Positions 51,725 to 60,739 of a DNA stretch of 64,000 nt are shown here, one piece after another. The translations under genes were made by a program, and so were the position numbers. The notes under the pieces are model-generated. The model saw only the letters and a program-made list of their open reading frames with translations. It did no database searches and had not been told where the DNA came from. The first letter of the stretch is position 1, and each line of letters starts with the position of its first letter. The stretch spans positions 124,001-188,000 of IMG/VR virus record IMGVR_UViG_3300036715_003906, one strand, 5' to 3'.

Positions 51725-52433
51725 TGGCTTCCTTGACGGTGTGGTGGACGAAATCCCGCAGGGGGTCGTCCCCCCATGCTTCCCAAAGCTCCCCCGGGTC
51801 CTTGATCGGTCGGTCCTTGCCGAACGGCTGAACCCGCGGGTAGGTGACGATACGGACGTCGAAATCACGGCCGTAGGTCTGACGGAAAGATTCCGCTGCC
51901 TGCCGGCCGGTCGAGTCCATATCGTAGCCGATGTACACCGTCCCCACGAGCCGACGCAACTGCCGGAGCATCGCGTCCGTGATCCGCACGGACAGGACCG
52001 GCAAGGTCGCGGGGAAGTGCCGGGCCAAGGGGAGGCAGTCGAAGACGCCCTCGACAAGCCACACGGCCCGGGTCTCCCACATGCCCGCCGCCGCCTGGGC
52101 GAGTCCGAAGGTCACCGCCTCCGCCTCCTTCCCGTGGAAGAACTCCCGATACCTCCCCCCGGGGGCCAGTGACCGAAACTGAAACCCGAACACCTCCCCG
52201 AGCACGTTCGTCAGGGGGAAGACCAGGACGTTATCGATCGACCCCCCGTCCTTCAGCCACTCGTAAAAGGGGGCGGCCCCGAGGACCGGAAGGGCCGGGA
52301 CCTCCCCCCGGAGAACCCCGATGCGGAAGAGGTCGATCTGCTCGTCGGTGACTCCGCGCCCGGTGAGGTAGTCGCAGGCGTCGTCGTCGAGCTGGTCGTG
52401 AGCGAAGGAGACGATGGTATCGAGGTAGGACAC
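51708..52433 (-). CDS. DNA primase (DnaG-type core, TOPRIM; no N-terminal Zn finger)
   Basis: YL..RG.......F.IG, LVFPL.N..G.V.GF..R, WLVEG.FD, YD.D..G. Confidence 0.85.
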   Translation of the reverse strand: MSYLDTIVSFAHDQLDDDACDYLTGRGVTDEQIDLFRIGVLRGEVPALPVLGAAPFYEWLKDGGSIDNVLVFPLTNVLGEVFGFQFRSLAPGGRYREFFHGKEAEAVTFGLAQAAAGMWETRAVWLVEGVFDCLPLARHFPATLPVLSVRITDAMLRQLRRLVGTVYIGYDMDSTGRQAAESFRQTYGRDFDVRIVTYPRVQPFGKDRPIKDPGELWEAWGDDPLRDFVHHTVKEANGKDL

Positions 52434-52972
52434 GGGACCGCCAGGAGGGTTCGGCCGACACGCTGGATCACCATGCCCACCGCGTCGCCCACCCGGGAGT
52501 ACACCCCCACAAGGGAAGGCAGGGCCCCGACGAAAGCCAGGCCGTCGGGAAGGTCCCCCGCCAGGAGCCCCAGGCTCCCGATGCGCGTCACCACCCCCTG
52601 CGTCCTCATCCGCTCCCGGGCCTCCTCCACCGTGACCCCCGTGGGGAGCCCGGACCAGGGCACCAGGACAAAGCGGGCGGCCGGGATGAGGGTGGCGGCA
52701 GCCTCCACCGACGCGGCCTCAGCCCCCTGAATGCGGAGCGCCCCGTGAAGCGCCCCGAGGAAGACTCCCTCCCTGTCCGGAACAACCCGTGTGAAAGCGT
52801 ACCGGACCGTCCCATCCCTCCCGGCCCGCGTGGGGAGGAAGTCCCCACGCATGTTGGTCACGAGGAAACCGGGCCCCGCCTCCGCGTCCGTCTGGCACTC
52901 GGCCATGAGGGGGACCTTGCCCTGGCCGCAGGGGGTCAGGGTGAAGAGCCGGTCAAGGAGCCTGTCCGCCAC
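52253..52972 (-). CDS. Hypothetical protein (probable true end near 52430)
   Basis: GTG start 52972 (MADRLLDRL); runs ~60 codons into the primase gene. Confidence 0.45.
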   Translation of the reverse strand: MADRLLDRLFTLTPCGQGKVPLMAECQTDAEAGPGFLVTNMRGDFLPTRAGRDGTVRYAFTRVVPDREGVFLGALHGALRIQGAEAASVEAAATLIPAARFVLVPWSGLPTGVTVEEARERMRTQGVVTRIGSLGLLAGDLPDGLAFVGALPSLVGVYSRVGDAVGMVIQRVGRTLLAVPCPTSIPSSPSLTTSSTTTPATTSPGAESPTSRSTSSASGFSGGRSRPFRSSGPPPFTSG

Positions 52973-53513
52973 GGGGCACCTCGGGGAGCAGCTTGGACGG
53001 GTCGAAGGGCGGGAGCTTGGGCTCCAGGGGCGGGGGGAAGAAGCGGAGCCACCACCGGCGCCACCAGGGGATGCGCGCCTCGGGCAAGGCGGCCCCGTCC
53101 CCGAGGGCCCAGACAAGGTGAGCCACGTTGGGCATCTCGGCCTCCAGCCACCCGGGCTCCTGGACCTGGGCCACGAAGATCTGGGCGGCGAGCAGGGGCG
53201 TCTCCGTGGTCTCGAAGACCGGGCACCGCTGGGCGTCGAGGGGCTCGTCGCAGATGTCCCCGCTCCACTCTTCCGGATCGTCCGACCCGTACATGCACAG
53301 GCCCACGTCCTGGACGACCGGGAGGTGGCGCCGGTCGAGGCGGTTGAATCCCGGGTTGCTCTCCCCGCCCACCTGCCGGCGGGGGTCCAGGGGCTGCCGG
53401 TGGTTGTGGACGCACCGGTGAGGGAGCCGGCGCGTGGACGCCTCCACCCTCCTGTCCAGCTCCTCCTTGAGCAAGACGTCAATGCGCTCCCGGATCTCCT
53501 CGTCGCTCCTCAT
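52953..53513 (-). CDS. Hypothetical Cys-containing protein
   Basis: ATGA-coupled start 53513; C.HN...C.YG......CD....A..C. Confidence 0.55.
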   Translation of the reverse strand: MRSDEEIRERIDVLLKEELDRRVEASTRRLPHRCVHNHRQPLDPRRQVGGESNPGFNRLDRRHLPVVQDVGLCMYGSDDPEEWSGDICDEPLDAQRCPVFETTETPLLAAQIFVAQVQEPGWLEAEMPNVAHLVWALGDGAALPEARIPWWRRWWLRFFPPPLEPKLPPFDPSKLLPEVPRGGQAP

Positions 53514-54181
53514 GAGGCACCCCGTAGCCTGCGGAGCGCCAAATGCCAAGCTCCGTCCTCGGTCCCCTCGGTCGACGCCGCGTAGGCGTGGTCCGTGTGG
53601 TCGAGGAGCGCCTGCTTGTGGGTGACGAGCAGGATCATCACCCCCGTGCTCTTCGCCAGGTGCTGGAGAAACCGGCCCGTCGCGTCCAGGTACTCATCGC
53701 TCACCGCCCCGAGGGTCTCGTCGAGGAGGAGCAGCGGGAACCGCCCGAGCCGCAGCAGGGTGAGCAGGCGCAGGGTGAGCGAGGCCAGGCTGCACGGCCC
53801 TCCCCCGAAGGCTTGCAAGGGCTCGTCCCGGATCACGATGCCGCCCTCCTCCCCTTGCCGGAAGAAGAAGTCGATGCTGAGCCGCCCGCGCTTCTCCCCG
53901 ACCTCGGCCTCGAAGGCCAGGCGCTGGTCAGGGAAAATGGTGGTCAGCCCCTCGCTGACCAGCCCCTCGATCACCTTCACCTGATCCAAGACCAGCCGGT
54001 CGAGGAGCAGGCGATACAGCTCCCCCACCTTGGTGAGCACCTCGACCCGGTGGTCAAGGGCCCGGACTTCCTCCCGGCTCTCGCGGAGCTGGCGGACCGT
54101 CTGGTCTCGCGCGGCCCCCAATCTAGCCGCACGCTGCCGCAAAACGGACAGACGAGAGGTGCGGTCCCAGGCGGTGGTCAT
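53510..54181 (-). CDS. SbcC/Rad50-type ABC ATPase, C-terminal half
   Basis: Coiled coil, then signature-like FGGG, Walker B LLLLDE and H-loop LVTH; no Walker A. ATGA-coupled start 54181. Confidence 0.85.
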   Translation of the reverse strand: MTTAWDRTSRLSVLRQRAARLGAARDQTVRQLRESREEVRALDHRVEVLTKVGELYRLLLDRLVLDQVKVIEGLVSEGLTTIFPDQRLAFEAEVGEKRGRLSIDFFFRQGEEGGIVIRDEPLQAFGGGPCSLASLTLRLLTLLRLGRFPLLLLDETLGAVSDEYLDATGRFLQHLAKSTGVMILLVTHKQALLDHTDHAYAASTEGTEDGAWHLALRRLRGAS

Positions 54182-55416
54182 TCCATCGACGGAAGAAATC
54201 GTGTCACTCGGCATCGAGAAGCCCCTTCGGGCAAGATCTCTACACCGGAACCCCCGACAATCTTACCCTCGGGGGACAGCACGAACTCGTCCACGGTCCG
54301 CAGCATCACCAGGCCCCGCGGCCGGGCCTCGCTCGGGGCTACCATGTAGGCCCGCACTTCCAGCTCGTTCCCCCGAATCCCCGTGAAGAGTTCGAGCAGG
54401 TGGTCGAGGTTGAACGACGCCGACCAGGCCGCGTGGTCCGTGCCCATCTCGACGGGGACCGGGAAGGAGGTGACCTTCTCCGTCCCCCCCGCGGCCCCGA
54501 AAGTCATCTGCTTGCCCTCGGCGTCGTACTGGACCCGAACCTTGGTCCGCTTGTCCATCTCGCTGCGGACGTACTTGAGGGCGTGCAGGACGGGGGACGC
54601 CGCCACCTTCGCCACCCACACGTCCTGGTCGAGACTGTAGTAGCTGAACGCCTCGTGCTTCTTCGCCGAGTGGGCCCAGCCGAGCACGCGCCCCTGCTCA
54701 TCGGAGAGGAAGGTCATCGAGGCGCCGTCCCGTACCGTGACCGTCTGGCCCGCTTTGCCGAGGAAGGCCAGGACCATGGACAGGTGCTGGCTGTGGACGT
54801 GGAGACCCTTGTCGTAGAGCGCGTCCGACCGGAAGAACATGGCCAGCGTCCCGTTGGCGGCGTAGACGTACCCGTTGGCCTTCTCGCCCGGGGTGACCTT
54901 GCCGTCGAAGAGCTGTACCCCACGGAGCGCCTCGTTGACGATCTTGTCCCCCGGCTCGGGGAGGAAGGCCCGCGCCTGGGAGAACGCTTCCCGGAGGAGC
55001 GCCGCAGGGAAGGTCCGCTCCCCCACGGCCGCGTCAAGGTCGCGGTCCAGCGGCGCCAGGAGACGGGGGTCGAAGGTCGACCGCTCCGCCCCCGCCCCCG
55101 TGCCGGTCGAGTAGGCGACCCGGTGGGCCTCCCCCTCGGCCGTCGCCGTGAGCGTCACCATCTCGTCGCCGAGGTAGCCGAAGGAGGAGGTGTGCTTCGC
55201 CGGGTAGATGAAGCTCCCCTCCCCCTCCACATCGGTGATGGGCACCGACGCCCGGGCCGCGTGGGTGTTGTCCCGCGAGTAGACGTGAAGCGTCTCCCCC
55301 CGGACCACGAAGAGATACCCCGCGCCCCCCTGCCCCACCGGGCGAGGAGGAACGATGGCCACCGACGCGAGAGCCCCCACAAGGGCCGCCGCCTGCACCA
55401 CGAACTTGATCATCAT
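54178..55416 (-). CDS. DNA polymerase III beta sliding clamp-like protein
   Basis: ~410 aa, three repeated beta-alpha domains; C-terminal SFNLDHLLE.F..I.....V pattern; next to DnaX and primase. Confidence 0.7.
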   Translation of the reverse strand: MMIKFVVQAAALVGALASVAIVPPRPVGQGGAGYLFVVRGETLHVYSRDNTHAARASVPITDVEGEGSFIYPAKHTSSFGYLGDEMVTLTATAEGEAHRVAYSTGTGAGAERSTFDPRLLAPLDRDLDAAVGERTFPAALLREAFSQARAFLPEPGDKIVNEALRGVQLFDGKVTPGEKANGYVYAANGTLAMFFRSDALYDKGLHVHSQHLSMVLAFLGKAGQTVTVRDGASMTFLSDEQGRVLGWAHSAKKHEAFSYYSLDQDVWVAKVAASPVLHALKYVRSEMDKRTKVRVQYDAEGKQMTFGAAGGTEKVTSFPVPVEMGTDHAAWSASFNLDHLLELFTGIRGNELEVRAYMVAPSEARPRGLVMLRTVDEFVLSPEGKIVGGSGVEILPEGASRCRVTRFLPSME

Positions 55417-55418
55417 GC

Positions 55419-55691
55419 TCAGCTTTCCTGGAAGAACGCGAGCGCCGCCTCGGCCCCCGTGAGGTCCTTCTCGTAGGTATCGAGAAGAGACACCAGTTCC
55501 CCCTTCGCCTTGTCCCGCTCCGCGATCAACGTCCGCGGGTCCAGGCCCTCCTTGCGGATCTCGTCGAGCAGCTCTTCAAGCTGCTTCTTCTTTGCCGCGA
55601 GCTGGCCGTTCACCGACGCCTTCGCCTCCCGGACGCTGTCCGTCCGTCGGGTCACGTCATCCACTCGCCGCCTCAGATCATCGTCCGTCAT
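55419..55691 (-). CDS. Small coiled-coil protein
   Basis: 90 aa, heptad-rich. Confidence 0.6.
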   Translation of the reverse strand: MTDDDLRRRVDDVTRRTDSVREAKASVNGQLAAKKKQLEELLDEIRKEGLDPRTLIAERDKAKGELVSLLDTYEKDLTGAEAALAFFQES

Positions 55692-56593
55692 GGTTCCTCG
55701 TTCCCAAGTGCCAGCATCATGCTCGCGTCGTCCATGTCAGGCGACGGGCCGAGGAGGCCACGACCCTCCGGGCACACCGCCGCGTAGGAACAGAGCTTAC
55801 ACCCCCAGCGATCGGGTTTGGCAGCAAAGTGCTCCATGAGCAGGGGGAGCTGCCCCCGGGACGTCAGCCGCTCCATGCTGTTCCAGTGGACCGTAATCGC
55901 GTCCATCGTCTGGAGGACCTCGTCCCACAGCTCCCGGATCTTCTCGGGGTCCACGTCAATCCAGTCCATCGCCGCCTCGGGCTCCGACCGCCAGAACACG
56001 AAGCCCAGCCGGTCAGGGAGCCGCCCGTGGTGCTTCTCGTACAGCATCGCGTACCAGAGGAGCTGGACAGGGTCGACGTACTTCTCCCGCCACTTGCTCC
56101 CCTTGCCTTCGAGGAGGAGGTTGTCGCTGTCCGGAGCGATGCGGGTCAGGATGAAGTCGGCTCGCCCCCCGATCATGTGCTCCCGGTACGCAATGTCGAG
56201 CTTCACCTCGGCCTGGGCATCCTTGCCGAGCAGCCGGTAGCGGCGAATGATCCCCACCCCCCGGGGGATCGCCTCCAGGATGTCCGCGAGGAGCGTCTCC
56301 CGGCTCTTGTAGTTCGATCGGGGGTCGGTGAACGTCACGCTCCCCGACCGCTCCTCCCGCGCGATGGCCTGGTCGAGAACCCCCGGCGCCCGCGCCTGCA
56401 TCTGGGCCACAATCCCGTGGGTGAGCCAGAGCTTCTCGGCGTAAAAGATCTCGAACAAGAGCCCGACCACCGTGCCGAACAGGCTGTTGACCTTGTTCTC
56501 CCTCTCCGGATTCTCCGTCTTGGCCAGATACCGGTGGTAATACGCCCGAGGACAGCTCTTGTAGAGCTTGTAGCCGCTGTAGGACAGGTACAT
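55688..56593 (-). CDS. PD-(D/E)XK nuclease (RecB/AddB-like)
   Basis: LSYSGYKLYKSCP..Y, GRADF, LEGK, QL.WYA, C-terminal C.LC.YA.VC. Confidence 0.8.
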   Translation of the reverse strand: MYLSYSGYKLYKSCPRAYYHRYLAKTENPERENKVNSLFGTVVGLLFEIFYAEKLWLTHGIVAQMQARAPGVLDQAIAREERSGSVTFTDPRSNYKSRETLLADILEAIPRGVGIIRRYRLLGKDAQAEVKLDIAYREHMIGGRADFILTRIAPDSDNLLLEGKGSKWREKYVDPVQLLWYAMLYEKHHGRLPDRLGFVFWRSEPEAAMDWIDVDPEKIRELWDEVLQTMDAITVHWNSMERLTSRGQLPLLMEHFAAKPDRWGCKLCSYAAVCPEGRGLLGPSPDMDDASMMLALGNEEP

Positions 56594-56596
56594 TTT

Positions 56597-57577
56597 TCAT
56601 CCGATCCCAGCACCTGCACGTTCGAGGTACTCCTTCGCTACGTCCCGCACCTCTGCCGCGAAGTCAAGCTGACCGAGGGTCGTGAGAATGTTCTTGCTGG
56701 GGTCGGCCGCCATGGTGGCCTGCAAGGTCGCGACGAAGGACTCGATGGCCTGCGCCCCATCGTCCGCCTTCTGCTTCTTCTCCATGTCGAAGACGTCGCC
56801 CGGGGGAGCCACGATGAGGGGCAGGGAGACCACGGCGATCCCCGACGGCGTGACCTCGAGGAGCGCCCCTCGCGGGACCCGTTCCAGGTTCTCCCGGATG
56901 AGCGCCCCCCGGGAGAGGGCCCCCTGGTTGACGAAGCTCTTGCCCCCCAGTTCCACGATCCCCTGGTCCTTGTGCCAGTGCCCGAAGCACCACACGTCCG
57001 GGCCGTCCGGGGTGACGAGGTCCGCATACCGGAAGACGGGCTCGTTGAAGAACTCCTCGACAGCCGGCGGGGGGGCCTGACCGGCGAGCTGGTGGACGAT
57101 GGCCACCAGGAAGTCGTCCCCCGGCTTCCTCTGGATGGCCTTCAGCTCCTCGACCGTGCGGAAGGGGCTGTACGGCATCCCCACCACGCGCACCCGGAGC
57201 GGGCCGTCCTCGAAGACGGTCTCCCGCAGGTGCTCGAACACGCCCGCCCCGTACAGCACCCCGAGCGGCTGGTTCGGGATGGTGTCGAGGTTGTTGTAGG
57301 CCATGTCGTGGTTGCCCTCGACGCACCAGACCGGGCAGGGGTAGGCCGCGTGCAGCCGGGCCGTCTTCTCCACCAGGTGGTGCGGGTTCCGCGTCGCCGC
57401 CTTCTGGTGGAAGTAGTCACCCCCGTCGAGGACCGCCTGGGCCTCATGCAGCCGGGCGAACTCCCCGATCTGCCGCAGGTTGTCCCAGATCTCCGCCGGG
57501 TAGTCCCCCTTCCAGCTCGCAGGGCTCTTGTCGGAAGCGTGGACGTCAGTCCGGTGGATGAGGGCGATTCGGGGCAT
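56597..57577 (-). CDS. SbcD/Mre11-like metallophosphoesterase
   Basis: TDVH, DGGDYFH, GNHD, GHWH motifs; start MPRIALIH 57577. Confidence 0.85.
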   Translation of the reverse strand: MPRIALIHRTDVHASDKSPASWKGDYPAEIWDNLRQIGEFARLHEAQAVLDGGDYFHQKAATRNPHHLVEKTARLHAAYPCPVWCVEGNHDMAYNNLDTIPNQPLGVLYGAGVFEHLRETVFEDGPLRVRVVGMPYSPFRTVEELKAIQRKPGDDFLVAIVHQLAGQAPPPAVEEFFNEPVFRYADLVTPDGPDVWCFGHWHKDQGIVELGGKSFVNQGALSRGALIRENLERVPRGALLEVTPSGIAVVSLPLIVAPPGDVFDMEKKQKADDGAQAIESFVATLQATMAADPSKNILTTLGQLDFAAEVRDVAKEYLERAGAGIG

Positions 57578-58784
57578 GGGTTCCGTGGGGCCCGTGCAAA
57601 GGACGGGCGCACTTCGAACATACACCGAGCGCGTCCGCCTCCGCCTGAACCTTCACCCCCTCCGCCTCCAGCCGGACCATGTCGGCCTCCAGGGCCCGCA
57701 CTTCGGCCACCAGGCCCCCGAGCTTGGACCCGAGGTCACGGAGCCGTCTGTAGCGCCCCCAGGCCCCCTGGATGGGGGTGGCGTCGAGGGCGGGGAGACT
57801 CGCCATCCGGTCGAGCCGCTGAAAGGACGCCCGGTGCCCGAGCATCCGGGTCACCCACCCCGAGATCCGCTGGTAGCGCCCCCACGCATCCCGGAGGGGA
57901 GCCCGGTCCGGGACCTGGTTCATCTCGGCCGGCAGGAGCCTCTTGACCGCCCGGAGCGAGGCGTTCAGCCGCTGATCGAGGTGCCCGATCCGGTCGAACC
58001 GAGCCCACGCCGCCCGGAGGGGCCGGGAGTCCATGTCAGGCACCCGCTCGACGGGAAGGAGCCGACCCAGATCCCGCTCGGTCCGGGTCAGGCCGTCCGC
58101 CCACCGATCCAGCCGCTCGATCTGCCCCCGCTTGCGGGCCAGGGTCTCCCCCACCTGCCCGAGACGCTCCACCTGAGCGAGCGCCCCGTCGAGGCCCACA
58201 AAGCCCGCCTCACGGGCTTCGAGCTTGAGGACGTCACTCGCCCGCACCTTCCGGGTCGCAGCCGCTTCCCGCTTGTCCTTCTCGGCGAGACGGATCGCCA
58301 CGTTGATCCGGTCGAGGTTGGCCACGTCGGCGAGCACGTCCGCCACGACCCCCCCAGTCTGGTCGAGGAGGAAGATCGGCTTCGTCTGGGGCGCCGCCTG
58401 GAGCAGCACGGACCCCGTGCCCACCGTGACCGGGGAGAAGGCCGGGGTGAGAAAGTCCGGCGTGCCTCGGTCCGCCCGGTCGTAGATCTGCCCGTTGTAG
58501 GTATAGCGATTGATCGCGTCACCCTTCTCCCAGAGCAGGTCGAAACCCTCCCGGCGGAGGTGAACGGAAGCGAAGCACTTGCAGCTCTTCGCCGACTTCA
58601 CCCGCCGGGGGCAGGTGGGGGCATGGCGGACGAAGTTGGTCCCGCTGGCGCCGGAGAGCGCCGCCGTGATCGCCCGGACCACCGCGCTCTTGCCGATGTT
58701 CGAGCGACCCACGAGGGCCGTGTAGCCGTCGAGCCGCAACCGGATGTGTTTGATGCTCTGGAAGTTGCGGATCTCGACGTCCAT
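57546..58784 (-). CDS. SbcC/Rad50-type ABC ATPase, N-terminal half ending in a CxxC zinc hook
   Basis: I.NFQSI, Walker A GRSNIGKS, Q-loop, coiled coil, CSKC near the C-terminus; no Walker B. Confidence 0.85.
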   Translation of the reverse strand: MDVEIRNFQSIKHIRLRLDGYTALVGRSNIGKSAVVRAITAALSGASGTNFVRHAPTCPRRVKSAKSCKCFASVHLRREGFDLLWEKGDAINRYTYNGQIYDRADRGTPDFLTPAFSPVTVGTGSVLLQAAPQTKPIFLLDQTGGVVADVLADVANLDRINVAIRLAEKDKREAAATRKVRASDVLKLEAREAGFVGLDGALAQVERLGQVGETLARKRGQIERLDRWADGLTRTERDLGRLLPVERVPDMDSRPLRAAWARFDRIGHLDQRLNASLRAVKRLLPAEMNQVPDRAPLRDAWGRYQRISGWVTRMLGHRASFQRLDRMASLPALDATPIQGAWGRYRRLRDLGSKLGGLVAEVRALEADMVRLEAEGVKVQAEADALGVCSKCARPLHGPHGTHAPNRPHPPD

Positions 58785-58787
58785 GAC

Positions 58788-60053
58788 TCAGTCTCCTTCG
58801 GGGCTCTCGCTACCCAGGTCCGTTTCGTCGAGGACCTCTTCCGCCACCTCGATCAGCTCCTGCTCTTCGACACCGGTGTCGGCCATGTCGTCGAGGGGGA
58901 CGGGCATGGCACCCGACAGGATAGCCTTTTGGACCTCCCCGATCAGGTTCGCGTAAACCTGGGGGTTCTGGATCATGTAGGCCCGGAACTTGTCGCGGCC
59001 GATGATCTTGACCTGGTCGAACTCGTAGCTGGACCCGCCGCGCTTGACGATCTTGTTGGCCACAGCGGCCTCAATCACAGAGAAGATGTCGTCGACCCCC
59101 GTGCCGTAGCGGATAAAGATCTCGCCCTCCTGCCCGGCCTTCCCATCGAGCTTGTCCTTGATCACCTTGACCTTGGTCACGATACCGAAGGGGGTATCGC
59201 GCTTCTTGTTGGTGATCGGGTCGAGGCGCGAGTCCTTCTCCGTCTTGACCCGCTGGATGTGGAGCCGGACGGAGCAGTAGAACTTGAGGGCCTTGCCACC
59301 GGTGGAGCTGGCGGCCGGCGGGGCATAGGAGGGGCCGGTCGAGATGGTGGCCCGCTCCTGGTTCAAGAGGATGAGCGCCGTCCCGGGGGCATCCTCGTCG
59401 CGCTCCTCGCCTCTCTTCGGGTACATCGCGAGCCAGTTGGCCACCTTGGGTAGCGTCTGGGCCAGCTTGCTCGCGACGACACCGACCTTGATCGCGTCGT
59501 CGATCGACTTGGCCATCTCGGCCGCGGGGACCATGGCCGCGACGGAGTCGACGACCACGACGTCCACCCCGGCGCAGATCATGACGAAGACCATCTTGAA
59601 CCCCTGCTCCAGCGTGTCGGGGGCGAAGATGTCGAAGGTCTCGTCGAACTTGACGCCGATGGCCTTGGCGTACCGGTAGTCGAGGGCGTGCTCGAAATCG
59701 AGGAAGGCCGCCGACCCGCCCGCGTTCTGGACGGTCTTGACCGCCTCCAGGGCGAGGGTCGTCTTGCCGCTCGCCTCCGGCCCGTAGATCTCCGTGATCC
59801 GGCGACGGGGGTAGCCCGGGCACACGGGCCTTCCGTCCGGACCAATCGTGCCCCCGACCAGGTTGTTGACGATGATGCTGCCCGACCCGATGAACGGGTG
59901 CTGCCCCGTCCCGACTTGGACAGGCTTCTGCCCATCGCACGCCTTGGCGATGCTGCTCCGGGCCAGAGCCAGCTTCTTGGCCGACTCGGCTTTCACCTTG
60001 GCGTAGGCCGTGGCCGCCGTATCCTTGCTGTCCTTGCTCTTCTTCGTCGCCAT
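58788..60053 (-). CDS. recA: RecA-family recombinase
   Basis: EIYGPEASGKTTLAL, FLDFEHALD, PDT.EQ, VVDSVAAMVP, NQ.R, GGKALKFY.SVRL. Confidence 0.93.
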   Translation of the reverse strand: MATKKSKDSKDTAATAYAKVKAESAKKLALARSSIAKACDGQKPVQVGTGQHPFIGSGSIIVNNLVGGTIGPDGRPVCPGYPRRRITEIYGPEASGKTTLALEAVKTVQNAGGSAAFLDFEHALDYRYAKAIGVKFDETFDIFAPDTLEQGFKMVFVMICAGVDVVVVDSVAAMVPAAEMAKSIDDAIKVGVVASKLAQTLPKVANWLAMYPKRGEERDEDAPGTALILLNQERATISTGPSYAPPAASSTGGKALKFYCSVRLHIQRVKTEKDSRLDPITNKKRDTPFGIVTKVKVIKDKLDGKAGQEGEIFIRYGTGVDDIFSVIEAAVANKIVKRGGSSYEFDQVKIIGRDKFRAYMIQNPQVYANLIGEVQKAILSGAMPVPLDDMADTGVEEQELIEVAEEVLDETDLGSESPEGD

Positions 60054-60071
60054 TCGTTGGGTACTCTCTGC

Positions 60072-60716
60072 TCAGGGAAGTTGTGAAAATCGAAAAAACC
60101 GCTGGTTTTCCTTGTACACCGCGCCCTGCATGACCGTCTGACCCGCCTTCGCCCCCCGCTGAAAGGTGTGGACCTTCACGAAGGCTTGCGTCTCGGCCGG
60201 GGTCAGCTCCCGCTCCGTGATCACCCCGGCCAAAAACTCCCAGAACCGGGCCGCCGAGCGGGCGACAAGGTAGGCGTCCGCCTCGTTGTGGTTCAGGCGC
60301 CCCGTGAGCCCCGTGTCGAAGCGCACGGTCTCCACCATGTCGCTCTTGTGCATCGGACCAGGGCGGGCCTTCGGGTCCCCCTTGGCGAGCATCTTGACCG
60401 ACGTCGGGTCAAAGAAGACAACGTCCTTGCGGTGACGCCGGATAGCCTCGTTCACGTACAGGAAGAGGCCGTAGAGGCCCTCACTCCAGAGGGCCCCGAA
60501 CGGTGGGCTTTCCACCCCCACCGCTTCCACCTCGGGGTGCGCGGCGATGATCTGGGATACGCTCTCCCGAAGGAAGACGTACCGGTCAATGAAGATCTCG
60601 CTCGCCCTGGTAACGAAAATCCCCCGGGCCACGATCCGCGCTACCCCCTCGGCCTGGCTGTTGTGAATGCACCAACCGAACCCAGTGAGAGACGGATCGA
60701 GCCCGAGGGTAATCAT
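60072..60716 (-). CDS. ruvC: RuvC-like Holliday junction resolvase
   Basis: LGLDPSLTGFGW, VGVE, P..VK, HNEADA. Confidence 0.8.
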   Translation of the reverse strand: MITLGLDPSLTGFGWCIHNSQAEGVARIVARGIFVTRASEIFIDRYVFLRESVSQIIAAHPEVEAVGVESPPFGALWSEGLYGLFLYVNEAIRRHRKDVVFFDPTSVKMLAKGDPKARPGPMHKSDMVETVRFDTGLTGRLNHNEADAYLVARSAARFWEFLAGVITERELTPAETQAFVKVHTFQRGAKAGQTVMQGAVYKENQRFFRFSQLP

Positions 60717-60739
60717 ACCTCCCCCGGGACACCGAAACC

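Noticed and set aside
55688-56593. Cas4 / CRISPR association
   Set aside because: No array or other cas genes; the context is a RecA/SbcCD recombination cluster.
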